NCBI GenBank assembly: GCA_964035545.1
Contig: OZ037773.1
Coordinates: 4,183,751 to 4,247,750 of the forward strand
Direction: 5' to 3'
DNA: 64,000 nt
Source: Bugula neritina
Taxonomy: Eukaryota > Animalia > Bryozoa
Numbering within the stretch: position 1 is the stretch's first letter; each line of letters begins with the position of its first letter. Made by a program: the position numbers and the translations under genes. Below are positions 12,645 through 24,032 of this stretch, piece after piece. Below the pieces are notes generated by a model. It searched no databases. It saw only the letters and a program-made list of their open reading frames with translations, and was not told the DNA's origin.

Positions 12645-15600
12645 CTAAATTAAAATACAGTTCCAAAGAGATAAGAAGATGACAACTGATAAACTGCAGC
12701 GAGCCACCAGGTTGCTTTGATAGTTAGTCTCAGCATTATTGGAACTTGTCTCTGAATCGCTCTGCCATTCTACATGCCATGTTACAGTCACATTCTTTTC
12801 TGAAGAGAAATAATTAAAGTATATAGTCTGTCAGCTACTTTCTTACAAATAATCTGTTATACAAGATGACTATACTTGCTAATTAGTAATGTTGTTGTAC
12901 AATATGATTCAAAGTAGTATATTGAATATGTAATCTGAAATTGATGACCGAGTGAACACAGCGTTATAGAATTCGCTATTTCTACACAAATGCAGCATCT
13001 ATAAATGGTATTATGCTCTGCCTACGCTTTTGTCTCAAGCAAAAGATATTCAAGATTATTAATAACACTATAATGCTACTTATTGTGAATCTGCTCAGAA
13101 TTTCGAGATATTGTATTAGTAGTCTTGTCAACAATATAACATTTTAAAAGACATACCAATAGAGTTTCCAGCAATACACATCACTGTTTCATTGGTATCA
13201 GCTGTCTGTGCAGTCAAGTTTAGTCTATGATTCATCTCTTCCAACTGTGTAACTCCTTCTCGTACCCAGAAGTACATGGACGGTTTTGGGTTTCCTGTAA
13301 CATGTAGATCACAGTCTAGTTCTACATCACCATCTTCAGTCATCACTTGTATTGCAATTGGATTTTCTACTTCTAATTTTACATCGATGTCTATAAACAT
13401 GATAATGAAAAACCTAATGCAACAGTAGGAGATTTTAGTATAGCTGACATATGGAGGTTTGCAGGTATTTTTGTATGCATTCATCTCATCTCATCTCATC
13501 TAATTAATCTCACTCGGAGCGCTTTGGCTCCTTTATCGAGATGCAGTGGTGTATGAACAATTGTTTAAATTATCAGTAGTAAGGAAGAAAACCATTTTGT
13601 CTACGAGATAAGAATATAGTTAATTATGCTTTGATTCAAAGCTCAATAGCTAGCTACTGCCAGGAGAGAAAAAAAAGGAAAAAAAAATAAAAAAGTAAAT
13701 AAATAAATAAATATACACCGCACAGCTTCAGATGATATAAAGCAGAGTCGGTGTAAAGTGCTTATAATCAGTTAGGCAAAGCAGCTAGAATCATTAGAAA
13801 AGTTTATGTATGCGATGTTTATATGAATGTTTGGCAGTTTTGGTATTGATATTGCCCTTAATAGCACCATGTCTGGTATTGTGAGACTCTGCAAAATGAA
13901 GGGAGAACCGGTCTTGGTCTATAGCGGCACTACCAGAAAGCATACGAAAGTACATTTTTTGGTCTGCATTATCACGTCTTTGTGCAAGGCTATCCCAATT
14001 AGAATTTGTCATGAGCTCAGTTATATGATCTCGTTTTCTCTTACAGAATGTCCACCTGAAGGCTTTTCTATTTATACCTTCTATGATGTTGATGTTTTTC
14101 AATTTAAATGGAGACCAGGTGTGGGTCGCAAATTCTAGTATAGGGCGACAGACTGTTTTATAAGCTATGGCTCTGGTTTTACTTTTAGCCTTTTTTAGAC
14201 AGCGCATCAGCATGTGTAATAATTTATTAGCTTTTGAGCAAATGTTTATTATATGTTGATCGAATGACAGTTTATTATCAATCGTGACACCAAGGTATAA
14301 TACTTTGTCAACACATTGTAAGGGGTCATTATTCATGCTGTATTGAGACACTAGAGGATTTACAGTGGAGCGTTGAATTGTCATATGCTCACATTTATTT
14401 ATATTGAACTTCATCTGAGAACTGTCTGCCCAAGTTATAAGATGGTCTAAGTCATTCTGAAATAAACTAGAATCAGCAGGTGTTGTGATTGGTTTGTACA
14501 ACAAGGAATCATCTGCATATAGTTTAAGCTTGCTGTTGGCTACCACAGAGTGCATGTCATTTATGTACACATTAAATAACAATGGTCCTAATACACTGCC
14601 TTGGGGCACTCCTGAGGTCACATGTCTAGTGGCCGATTTGACGTTGTTGACACAGACTGAAAGAAGACGGCTCTGAAGCCATGAAAAAATCCACTTGACA
14701 GTTTTATCAGCTATTCCGATATTTAGCAGTTTAACCTGTAGTTTATGGTGCGACACAACGTCAAAGGCCTTTGAAAAATCCAAGACAGCGAGGTCTACCG
14801 GTATCATTTCGTCGAAAAAATCTATAAATTCACTCACGGTATTCAGCAACTGAGTATCGCAGCCATGATTTGTCCTGAAGCCATGTTGGTGTGGATAAAA
14901 CAGGTCATTTGATTCGAGGAAACAGTTGATATTATGTGATACGATATGCTCGAAGATTTTGGATATGATAGAAGTGAGTGATATTGGCCTGTAATTCAGC
15001 GGGTCTGTACGACTTCCTTTCTTGAAGATCGGTACAATGTTTGCTGTTTTCCAGTCTTGTGGTGTCTGAGATGTATCGTAAAAGTACTGAAAAACCTTTG
15101 TTAGGGGCTCATATATATAATGTGCAAGATATTTTAGAAGTGCAGGAGAAAGTTCATCTGGGCCAGCACCTTTTCGTGGATCGAGTTTGGTGAGCTGTGT
15201 TAGGACTCCCCGAGGATCAAATTGTATAGGGGATGATATAGTTTGAGGTGGAATGCAGGGAGGGATATTACCATCATCAATGGAAAACACAGAAGCAAAG
15301 GAGTCCGCAAAAGATTCAGCTATAGCAGTATTGTTGTTAGGGGGGATGTTGTCTAGTTGACATACAGTATTTGAGCTGCCCTTTTTACTTGCTATGAACC
15401 GATAAAGAGGTTTTGAATCACCCTGCTCTAATGTATTGCATATGTGTTTGTTTATATAATTATTATAGTCCCTGTTACACAATTTCTTGCAGTACCGGGA
15501 CTGGGTGGCATGTTTTAAAATGTTGTGCGGGGTGCGATCGTTAAGGCAAGCTAGGTGGAGGTGTTTTCTTTTTCTGATCTCACTTTTAGTTTCTTGGGAT

Positions 15601-18600
15601 ATCCAGAGTTCTGATTTTTTCTTTCTAAATTTGTATGGGATATTGGAATGTGCTACCTGAAGTATTCCAGATTTGAGATTATGCCATAACTGTTCAGCGC
15701 TACATTTCTTAGAGATATCTGAGGTGATTTTACAATGTAGGGAGTAACAGTCCACGGTGATGTTCGTTATGTCTGCCTTTTCAAATTGCCAATATGGTTT
15801 TGGTTTGGTTAAGGATGCTGTCCTTTTAATAACATTATCCGCCAACACATTGAAATTGATAATAAAATGGTCAGAGCAGGATGACTCAACTCGGGGGTTA
15901 GTGGTAGTTACATTTGTAACAACTAGATCAAGCGTATTACCTTTGTCGTGAGTAGGTTTATTGATAGCCTGAGAAAGATTATTCGAAATTATAAAATCTA
16001 CGAACAATTGATGCAAGTTAGTTTCTCTTGTTGTTTTAAGTACAGGCCTGCTACTATCATTCCAGTCAATGTCAGGTAGGTTAAAATCCCCAACCATAAC
16101 AATGTTCGGATTGGTTTGATCATAATACCAATTTACTATATCTTCTACTTGTTTTATACAGGGTCTACGGTAATAGCATGCAATAGTGAAAGAATATCCA
16201 CAGATTGATAAGTCAAGGGCAATGATTTCCCCAGGGTGTGAGGCATTGATTCTACTAACAACAAAGGGACATTTATTGGATAGGCCTATAAGGACTCCAC
16301 CTCCACGTCCTAGTCCGTCAGTTCGGTCACGCCGGTACAGGGTGTAGTCCCTGGATAACTCATTATCGGAAACTGATGAATCTAGTTTTGTTTCACATAA
16401 GCAAAAGATATCTGGCGATTGCTGATCTAATAGCATGGAGAGTTCATGGATTTTACCCCTGATACCATTACAATTCCAAGATATTACTTTTAACTCTTTT
16501 TGTTCTGCCATGATAGTTGAGTTGGACAGGTTAGTTAGCATTAGAGTGGTAATGTCCAGCTGTGTTTTTATCAGTTATGGTGTTAGTCTCGCTGGGGTCC
16601 CGGAGAGATTCTGAAGCAATATTATCAGAGTCATGGGCAAACTTGGACCAGCGGTCTGACCTGGATGTTTTAGACTTGGAGTAAATAGAGCCATTTCTTA
16701 CTTGAAACATTTTGTCTGAGTGAGTTGCTTTTAATTCGTCCCTCAGTTTTCTAAGTTTATAGTCACGGTCACGCTCTTCAGGAGATAGGTCTGGTGTACA
16801 AAATGTGGATGCTTTATTTTCCCAGGTGTTGTATCTATACATAAAATCATTTTTATTCATCTCAGAATTAAAGGTGGCTTTAACTGGTCTTATTTTGTCA
16901 GAGTTGGGGAGGTTCATGTTACGTCTACCTAGTCTAGAGAATTTTAACAGAGACTCATGATTGAAACTTAGAATATCACATATTTCCATAATCTCTTCCA
17001 TGGTATTGTTATTCTCTTTTAGGCCATGTATGATAGCACTATGGGCACGCTCTTCCTTCTCTTTTCGTTTCAGTTGGGATTGGGCATTGGTTTCCAATCT
17101 TTTGACAGTTTGTTTGATTTCAGTAAACCAGGGTTCTGTGTTATCGGGCTTGATTGTCTCAGATTTGGTCAGTTTGATATTCTCACAGACAAGATCTTGG
17201 ACAGAATCCATTTTAGTTTCTATTTGAGCAAGAGATTTTTTAATTTCATCACCGCTGATGTAATCACTGAGCGTGGGCTCACATGTCTGGCAATACCATT
17301 TCAAGCCAGATCTAGAAAACAGTTTGGTGATATCTATAGATCGATTTAGGTCCTTCCAGTCTGGTAGACAGTTGGTATGTGTCGATCTCGAACAGAGACA
17401 GCACTCAAGACTGGGTTTATTATATGTTGACATTGTGCATAATGTGCATGCATTAGAGCTCCCCGAGGTTGAACTAGTACGAGCACTCTGACCACCAGAC
17501 TCCTTACCAGCCATTGCAGGTGTTTACAGACCAAGAATAGGTGTCAGATCAGATAGGTAAATAATTTACTCTAAAGCAGTCACTGAAAAAAAAAAAAAAA
17601 AAATAACTAAATAATTTACTCTAAAGTAGTCACTGTCTAGTGACTCAGAAAAATACTGACAACTGCGACAACTGAACTCAGTGACAACTGAACTCAAATC
17701 AACTCTAAAGCAGTCACTGAAAAAAAAAATAAAATAAAAAAAAAAAATAACTAAATAATTTACTCTAAAGTAGTCACTGTCTAGTGACTCAGAAAAATAC
17801 TGACAACTGCGACAACTGAACTCAGTGACAACTGAACTCAAATCAACTCTAAAGCAGTCACTGAAAAAAAAATAAAATAAAAAAAAAAAAATAACTAAAT
17901 AATTTACTCTAAAGTAGTCACTGTCTAGTGACTCAGAAAAATACTGAAAACAAAGATGAAAACATTTTGTGTTTTCAGCTAGAAAGTATTGTAATTATAT
18001 GCAACCTAAACATATAATGCATTTTAAATCTTATTGGGAAGTTTAAAATTTTATATCAATTTCTTTAAACTTCATAACAAATATTAGCAGAGTCTTAACA
18101 ACTTGCAAAAGCTCAGCAGCTAATATTTAAATCATAAAGAACTAGTAAAAACTAATTTACCAATTCAACTGTCTGTATATCGATAGATGTCCAAAAATGT
18201 ATGGTCTATAATGAATGTATGCTTTATGTTATAATATGTTATATTTTTAAGGTTTGTCTACTTTAAACCCTTAGTTTCTTTTACTTAGTGTTGCACATGC
18301 GTATATTGTATAGTTTTCTTTTAAGTGTAGTGATTCATAATAAAACAGCTCCGATTATCGAATAATACATACAACACTTTATATAATTTACTATAGTTAT
18401 AATATTGGTTTAGATTCTTACTTACATTTAGGCTTGAGCAGCACTGAAGTTTCAGTATTTCCATCTTTCCAGTTTGTATGAATAATATCTCTACATGATA
18501 TCAACACTCCATCTCTGTCTGTTTTCTCAGGAATATAGGTAGGTGGAGAAATTGACTGGCTATTCACTTCTGAAGTTACATTGCATCAAAATCAATAAAT

Positions 18601-20766
18601 TCTTAGGAAATAGACCATACAATAGTGCATCTAAGGTATTTTAAATGCATGTAAGTTTAAGCATGACCATGATCATAGTTGTACCAATCACTATGTGAGT
18701 TGTTTGATGACCAATGAACAGAGCAGAGCTTAATATATATAAGACAGCAAATGTAGAAACATAAGACAAGTGAAAAAAGTATTTTGTACCAAAGCTATTT
18801 ACATTTAAATGTTAGCCAATGATATTTGTATAAATTTGTGTTAATACTTCTGCAGAAAAAGCACCCCTTCAAAGTTACACTAAGACCCGTTGAAGTCATG
18901 TTCATATGGAATCTCATTTTCTAATACTGAAATATGACTCACTTAATTGGTATTTGATGCTTTTTAAAATGCAATCAGATATTAAAGTTGACAGCATAAA
19001 TGAGAAAGCATAATTGAGAAAGTGTAACACATATAATTAAAAACAAAAGTCATAACTGAGTTCCCATATCTACACTGAGGTATTGGTTCTTTTGAATAAT
19101 ATTCTGAAATCGACTGAAACAAAAAGAGTTTGACGAGTGGCTTTTACGATGCAAATTTTAACTATAAGCCAAATTGAATTTCGAACTGAAAATTTGCAAA
19201 GTTAGACTAAAACACGTGATAAAATAAATTAGTTCTAGTTTCTACCAGTTTTACTGTTGATTGTGAGATCAGAAAACTACATAAGAAAAAGCTTTTGCGA
19301 ACTTATCATAACCAAACTATTTTAGCTAATAATATAATAGACTAAAACATGTATAGTACACCTTGTACTTACTGTACTCATACACTGAGATAGGCTTAGC
19401 ATCTCTGGACTCACAGCTAAAGTTTAGAACTTCACCTTCTACTGCATCAGATGCATTGAGAATCAAACTTTGAGGACCAACTGTAAAGCAAAAGAGGGCA
19501 GTTTTAAAAAGTCATCAAATGAATGTCAAATCTTAACTTTTTTTCCATGGAGAACATCTGGCTATATTTACTTTGGTTGAAGGTATAAAAAATGCGTCTT
19601 TCAAAAATAATCTTAACTCCTGTAACATGAAGCTTAAAGAATGTAAGATATTATATATTATAGCCGCAATGCAAATGAATCAAAAATGCATCAATGGTCT
19701 TTCAAAGTATCTTTAAAAAAATTAGGTTTATTTCAAGTAAGCTTTTATAAATTAAAATTATTTGTATTCACAAGCAACACTATATGCAACAGTTCATTAA
19801 AATCTATATAGTATTTTTTGTATTAAATAAATTAATTTATTGGAAATTACTATATGTAAAGGGGTCAGAAAGCACTTGTTTTTATAAAAGTTGAATGCTT
19901 GTATAATTTTTAACCTTTTTACACCATGTTGCTTGTTTCAACTAAAATCTGAAAATAATGACCTTTGACATCTACTGATACTTCCGAGGAAGAAATTTCT
20001 CTGACACCTCCTTCAACCCCTTTACAGGAAAACGTGCCTCCAATTGTTGAATCAGTTATCATTAATCGAATAATAAAAGATAATTCATAAGACCCACTAT
20101 AAGCATGTTCACATTGTGCACCACTAACGCTAAGTCCTTCAATACCAGACACATTAGCAATGTCTGGGGTTGATGAAGCAACCCATGCAGTGCCATGTCC
20201 ACTACTTCGGGTACATCCAGTGCTGTAAACCTCACTATCTTTATCAGCTTGATATTGTAGCTGTAAGCTTCTCAAATCTACATAGCCAAATGCATAACAG
20301 AGGATGTCTATATTCTTATCTTTATATAAGTCTGGTTGACCCGGAGAATTGTAGTCTAGGAGTGTAGATGGGTCAGCTGAATGTGAGAAAATATTTACTG
20401 TTTATTATTCTTATCAAATTAGTTTTTCATATAACTGTCCACTACTGTTAGTTTTTTATGAAAAACTTCATGAAAGTGACTCAATGAGTTATAAAAAGTT
20501 AGAATAAAACCTAGGCAGATTGAGAACCCTAACCAATGAAAATAATAGAAGTAAACTCATATGAGATACATGCAGCACTTTGCTGATTTCGTTTGTTATA
20601 GCCTGACAACAGTTTTATGATGCTCTTTTGTATGACAGAAAAGAAATAAACAGAAGCATTGATGAAGACCACATTAGGGTGTAATAGAATGTGTTTATTT
20701 TATTGTTTATTTTATTGTTTATTTTATTGGTCAAATCTAAATCCTATGATCTAGCTTTACTTTTTG

Positions 20767-20797
<31 letters not shown>

Positions 20798-21221
20798 ACG
20801 CACACGCACACGCACGCACGCACACACACATACACACACATACCTACACACAAGTCCAGACGAAACGTTTTAGACAAACATTTACTAGTTTCAGCTATTT
20901 TTTTTTGTAATTTGCATCAGAAAAACTATATCAATAACACAAATTGGCTAAAATGTATCTGCTAATATACGATTGCATAGTCACTATGTTTCCATCATTG
21001 TATTTAGATTTTTCTTTGGTGTTTGAAAACAGTTACAAAGAATATGTCACAAAAATAGTAAATGCATGCATATTGCAACCACAACCTAATTCATTTACAT
21101 AATGTGCAATCATGGAAATACAGTCTATTTGTATTTCGAGTAATTTGATAGGTACTGTAAAACATCACATACCTGAAATACAAGTAAACAAACACATCAG
21201 ATAGCTGAGATATAATATCAT
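12645..21221 (-). CDS. Ig-superfamily cell-surface protein, copy B (inverted paralogue of A)
   Basis: Exons on - strand: 21173-21221, 19963-20376, 19373-19480, 18426-18569, 13157-13390, 12645-12799. Lengths 49/414/108/144/234 match A (49/411/108/144/234). Frame is open; ends CSLSVVIFLSLWNCILI*. Confidence 0.8.
13794..16541 (-). CDS. LINE ORF2: APE endonuclease + reverse transcriptase
   Basis: 915 aa open frame; SWNCNG, GDFN, SDH (endonuclease); YRPISLT, QHGFR, DFSKAFD, PQGSVLGP, YADD, YLGV (RT). Confidence 0.97.
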   Translation of the reverse strand: MLTNLSNSTIMAEQKELKVISWNCNGIRGKIHELSMLLDQQSPDIFCLCETKLDSSVSDNELSRDYTLYRRDRTDGLGRGGGVLIGLSNKCPFVVSRINASHPGEIIALDLSICGYSFTIACYYRRPCIKQVEDIVNWYYDQTNPNIVMVGDFNLPDIDWNDSSRPVLKTTRETNLHQLFVDFIISNNLSQAINKPTHDKGNTLDLVVTNVTTTNPRVESSCSDHFIINFNVLADNVIKRTASLTKPKPYWQFEKADITNITVDCYSLHCKITSDISKKCSAEQLWHNLKSGILQVAHSNIPYKFRKKKSELWISQETKSEIRKRKHLHLACLNDRTPHNILKHATQSRYCKKLCNRDYNNYINKHICNTLEQGDSKPLYRFIASKKGSSNTVCQLDNIPPNNNTAIAESFADSFASVFSIDDGNIPPCIPPQTISSPIQFDPRGVLTQLTKLDPRKGAGPDELSPALLKYLAHYIYEPLTKVFQYFYDTSQTPQDWKTANIVPIFKKGSRTDPLNYRPISLTSIISKIFEHIVSHNINCFLESNDLFYPHQHGFRTNHGCDTQLLNTVSEFIDFFDEMIPVDLAVLDFSKAFDVVSHHKLQVKLLNIGIADKTVKWIFSWLQSRLLSVCVNNVKSATRHVTSGVPQGSVLGPLLFNVYINDMHSVVANSKLKLYADDSLLYKPITTPADSSLFQNDLDHLITWADSSQMKFNINKCEHMTIQRSTVNPLVSQYSMNNDPLQCVDKVLYLGVTIDNKLSFDQHIINICSKANKLLHMLMRCLKKAKSKTRAIAYKTVCRPILEFATHTWSPFKLKNINIIEGINRKAFRWTFCKRKRDHITELMTNSNWDSLAQRRDNADQKMYFRMLSGSAAIDQDRFSLHFAESHNTRHGAIKGNINTKTAKHSYKHRIHKLF
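16531..17514 (-). CDS. LINE ORF1 with N-terminal PHD finger
   Basis: C4HC3 pattern CTLC..CCLC..H..C..WYCQTC, a coiled-coil region, then IIHGLKE..RLG..RPVK..DLSPEER typical of CR1/L2 ORF1. Confidence 0.88.
   Translation of the reverse strand: MAGKESGGQSARTSSTSGSSNACTLCTMSTYNKPSLECCLCSRSTHTNCLPDWKDLNRSIDITKLFSRSGLKWYCQTCEPTLSDYISGDEIKKSLAQIETKMDSVQDLVCENIKLTKSETIKPDNTEPWFTEIKQTVKRLETNAQSQLKRKEKEERAHSAIIHGLKENNNTMEEIMEICDILSFNHESLLKFSRLGRRNMNLPNSDKIRPVKATFNSEMNKNDFMYRYNTWENKASTFCTPDLSPEERDRDYKLRKLRDELKATHSDKMFQVRNGSIYSKSKTSRSDRWSKFAHDSDNIASESLRDPSETNTITDKNTAGHYHSNAN
17558..17947 (-). repeat. 144-bp tandem repeat (~2.7 copies) in LINE 5' UTR
   Basis: taactaaataatttactctaaagtagtcactgtctagtg recurs at 17604, 17748 and 17892. 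Confidence 0.9.
20767..20851. repeat. (CA)n/(CACACG)n microsatellite in intron 1 of Ig gene B
   Basis: Directly visible. Confidence 0.95.
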
Positions 21222-21569
21222 AGTGATAGTGAGTAGTTAAAGGTCCTGCCTATATTTAGTAGCACATGAGTCTCTAACTTAGAGTCATCCCAGAATCTAC
21301 AGATTCTCATAGTATAAGAAACTTATTGTGATGTTTAAAAAGCTGTATTGTTTTGTTACTTAAAGAATGCATGGAATATTGTAGGAAATAGTTTAAACAA
21401 TCTTCAACAATACAACATTGTTAAATTTTTAATTCTATGTTGCTTGTAAATAATAATTTTATAACTTTCACAATATTTGTGTCAATTAAGGGTTATCTTC
21501 CCATTAGCAGTTGTACTTGTCAAACATTTTTAAAATCATTTTCTTGCATGTTGAAAAATAATAAAACTG

Positions 21570-22260
21570 GATGTGTACAGATTTGAAATCAAAAACATCG
21601 CCTTCAGTTGCAAGTAACATCACCAAGTCACCTGGGTGTGTTTTTTCATTCAAGCTGCGTTACATCAGGCATTCACCAGGAAAAAACATTACAATGATAT
21701 CCGTGACACTGCAGTGGTGTGAGGGGGGCAGACCGCAAGACAGATGATAGGATGGTCAAGTCCAGAGTGGTTTTTTCAGTTTGAAGAACACACAAGAAAA
21801 CAAAGTCTATACCACTAAGCAGACTAGACACTAGGAGGAGCACAGAAAACTAAAACGGAGTTTAAATTGGAGAAAGAAATGAGCTAGGCACTAAAAGACC
21901 ACAACAACTTTGAATATATGAATCTGTGAGCACAGTAGAAACTCTCAAAACAAAAGTGTACAAAACAACACAAATGTGTCCTAACTTTCTAAGTGCAAAG
22001 ACTAAGACTGGTTTAATCAAACAAAATAACAGCTAGCTGATTTGCTAGAGCAACCAAGCAATGCAAGGAATAATATGCTACAGACAAGTAAATACACTAG
22101 GCTAGGTACTAAGACATCATATCACTGAGTGGGTGACTAAAGGAATTGTATACGCTTCTTAAACCAAATTGATGCAACTTAGCTCGAAGTTCTACATGGC
22201 AGTACAGTTCTAGAGAGAAAGTTGGAAGTAGTGAACAATTTTGTTTACCATTTTAATCAA
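21570..22260 (+). mobile_element. RTE LINE endonuclease/linker remnant; inverted copy at ~1500-1775
   Basis: FTRKKHYNDIRDTAVV*..ADRKTDDRMVK resembles the RTE endonuclease C-terminus (D.TDH.LV). The reverse complement of 1500-1775 matches 21575-21830, and 22140-22260 matches 9795-9920. Confidence 0.65.
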
Positions 22261-22499
22261 CTGCTGAATTTCTGTTGTTAACATGACTACACAAATGATC
22301 TTGTTTGTAGTCAAGTGTTGTGTGCAAGTAAACATCCACAGGAGAGAGTTGAGCAGACATACTATTTTCTTTGTTTAATTGTTGCTATATTCAGTTTATG
22401 TGTCTTTTAAACGAAATATTTTGCACTAATGGTTAATATTAGTTAAAACTTTCTCAAATTTTCTAATTAAAAACACTTAATGTTTAGGACAAGCATTTA

Positions 22500-22900
22500 C
22501 AGATATGACATGCAGTTTTCTGAGTTCAGCAGATGTATATTATACAAATTGCTAATGCATCAAGAAGTTAGTGAGCTGATAATATTACAGATACAATATC
22601 AAGCTGATTGAAACAGTACAGTCTAGATGTGAAAATGAATGAAGATATTTAAAAAAAGATTATTCAATTAACTACATTGTTTCTGTCTTTGGTATAGGAG
22701 GACCTGTGACCAGTGATGAAATATTTAGCTCAGTTGGCAAACCTAGCTGAAGGATTTAATCTTTCTCTACAACTAACTGTAGTTAAGCCAATTGCAAACA
22801 GAAGAACGTTTTACTGTAGAGGTTTTGAAGGAGGAGATGTAAGAAATGTTTTGTGTTTAGAAGTGTCTTAAGAGGTAACAGGGAAGTTGCGTCGACTAAC
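22500..22900 (+). pseudogene. Decayed Ig domain-1 exon relic (paralogous to 10170-10560)
   Basis: Translates in part as FNLSLQLTVVKPIANRRTFYCRGFEGGDV, compared with LSFLFQFTITESTTGGSFSCKGVEGGAG in A; frame is disrupted. Confidence 0.6.
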
Positions 22901-22942
22901 TTCTACATTTCTATATGCTCTGATGTTTTACCAAGTTGAGGT

Positions 22943-23044
<102 letters not shown>

Positions 23045-24032
23045 CCGAGTGTTTATATTACATTTTATATAGATATATATAAAATGTAAAATAAATACTC
23101 ACTTTGAATTACTAATGCCAGAAGATGTGTAATCAGCCTGTACGTGCCTCATGTAAACGATAAGCAGGCTACCAATAACAAAGAGAGAAAATTCTCTAGT
23201 TTAAAAGCTGCTTTTTAAATGTCGACTTTGTGTAAGTAACTACAGAGGAGTATATCACATTACATGCTGCCAATGCTAAGCCCATCGCTGCTACTTTAAA
23301 AGTTTATTAGAATTTTAATACTTTGCAACTTCTTAATATTATTTAGTTAATTAGCCTTCATAAATACGAAATGCAAACAGCTATAAGAAATGTCACCAAC
23401 TATTGACTCATGTTACAGGTATATTTCTAAAAATATACATGCTACACCACTGCCTACATGGTAAATGAACTTGGTTTACCTATCAAGAAAAGACCATGTT
23501 ATACAATGTTTACTTTTACTAACAATAATGTATTTCAATATGAAATAACATGTAATAATACTACAAGTTTAATGATAAGTGGATTGAGCATCTTTTAGGT
23601 ATTATGATAATGTTTTAGCAACAGTTAAAAATAAAGTTATTAGCAATTAAATTCTTACAAAGTGCATTGATCAACAGAGTTAACAGTAAATAAAGATGTG
23701 GAAGAAAAAATAGAAAAATATAAAATGACTAGAACTTTCCGAGAGATAAACGATTTAACTTCTTTGATTGCTACAGAAGTTGACTAGCCAGAGTATTTCA
23801 GTGTATGGTGCAGCACAAATAGCAGCTACCAAGTGGTTGTATAAACATAACTATCTAGATTTCACCGTTGAATATACATTTAATACAGTTATATGTTTGT
23901 AAATGCACCAAAATGTGGCTATATAGCATCATACCTTACATATAATGAATGCATAAAATATGTGATATGTCTATATTGTTTATTTTACTGTGACTTCACG
24001 GAAACCATCTTCTTTTCTAGAAGCAGTCTATA

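Larger units (their letters stand above)
13482..17947 (-). mobile_element. Full-length CR1-type non-LTR retrotransposon in intron 4 of Ig gene B
   Basis: Two intact overlapping ORFs; 3' stem-loop GGAGC-CAAAGC-GCTCC followed by a (GATGA)n tail at 13482-13531; 144-bp tandem repeats at the 5' end; absent from the 215-bp orthologous intron of copy A. Confidence 0.9.

Noticed and set aside
13827-17491. Several + strand ORFs over the LINE (and similar antisense ORFs over the caspases and TCTE1)
   Set aside because: Antisense shadows of real coding sequence; no motifs.
23047-23100. Short AT-rich inverted repeat
   Set aside because: Built around TA repeats next to a microsatellite; no element ends recognised.
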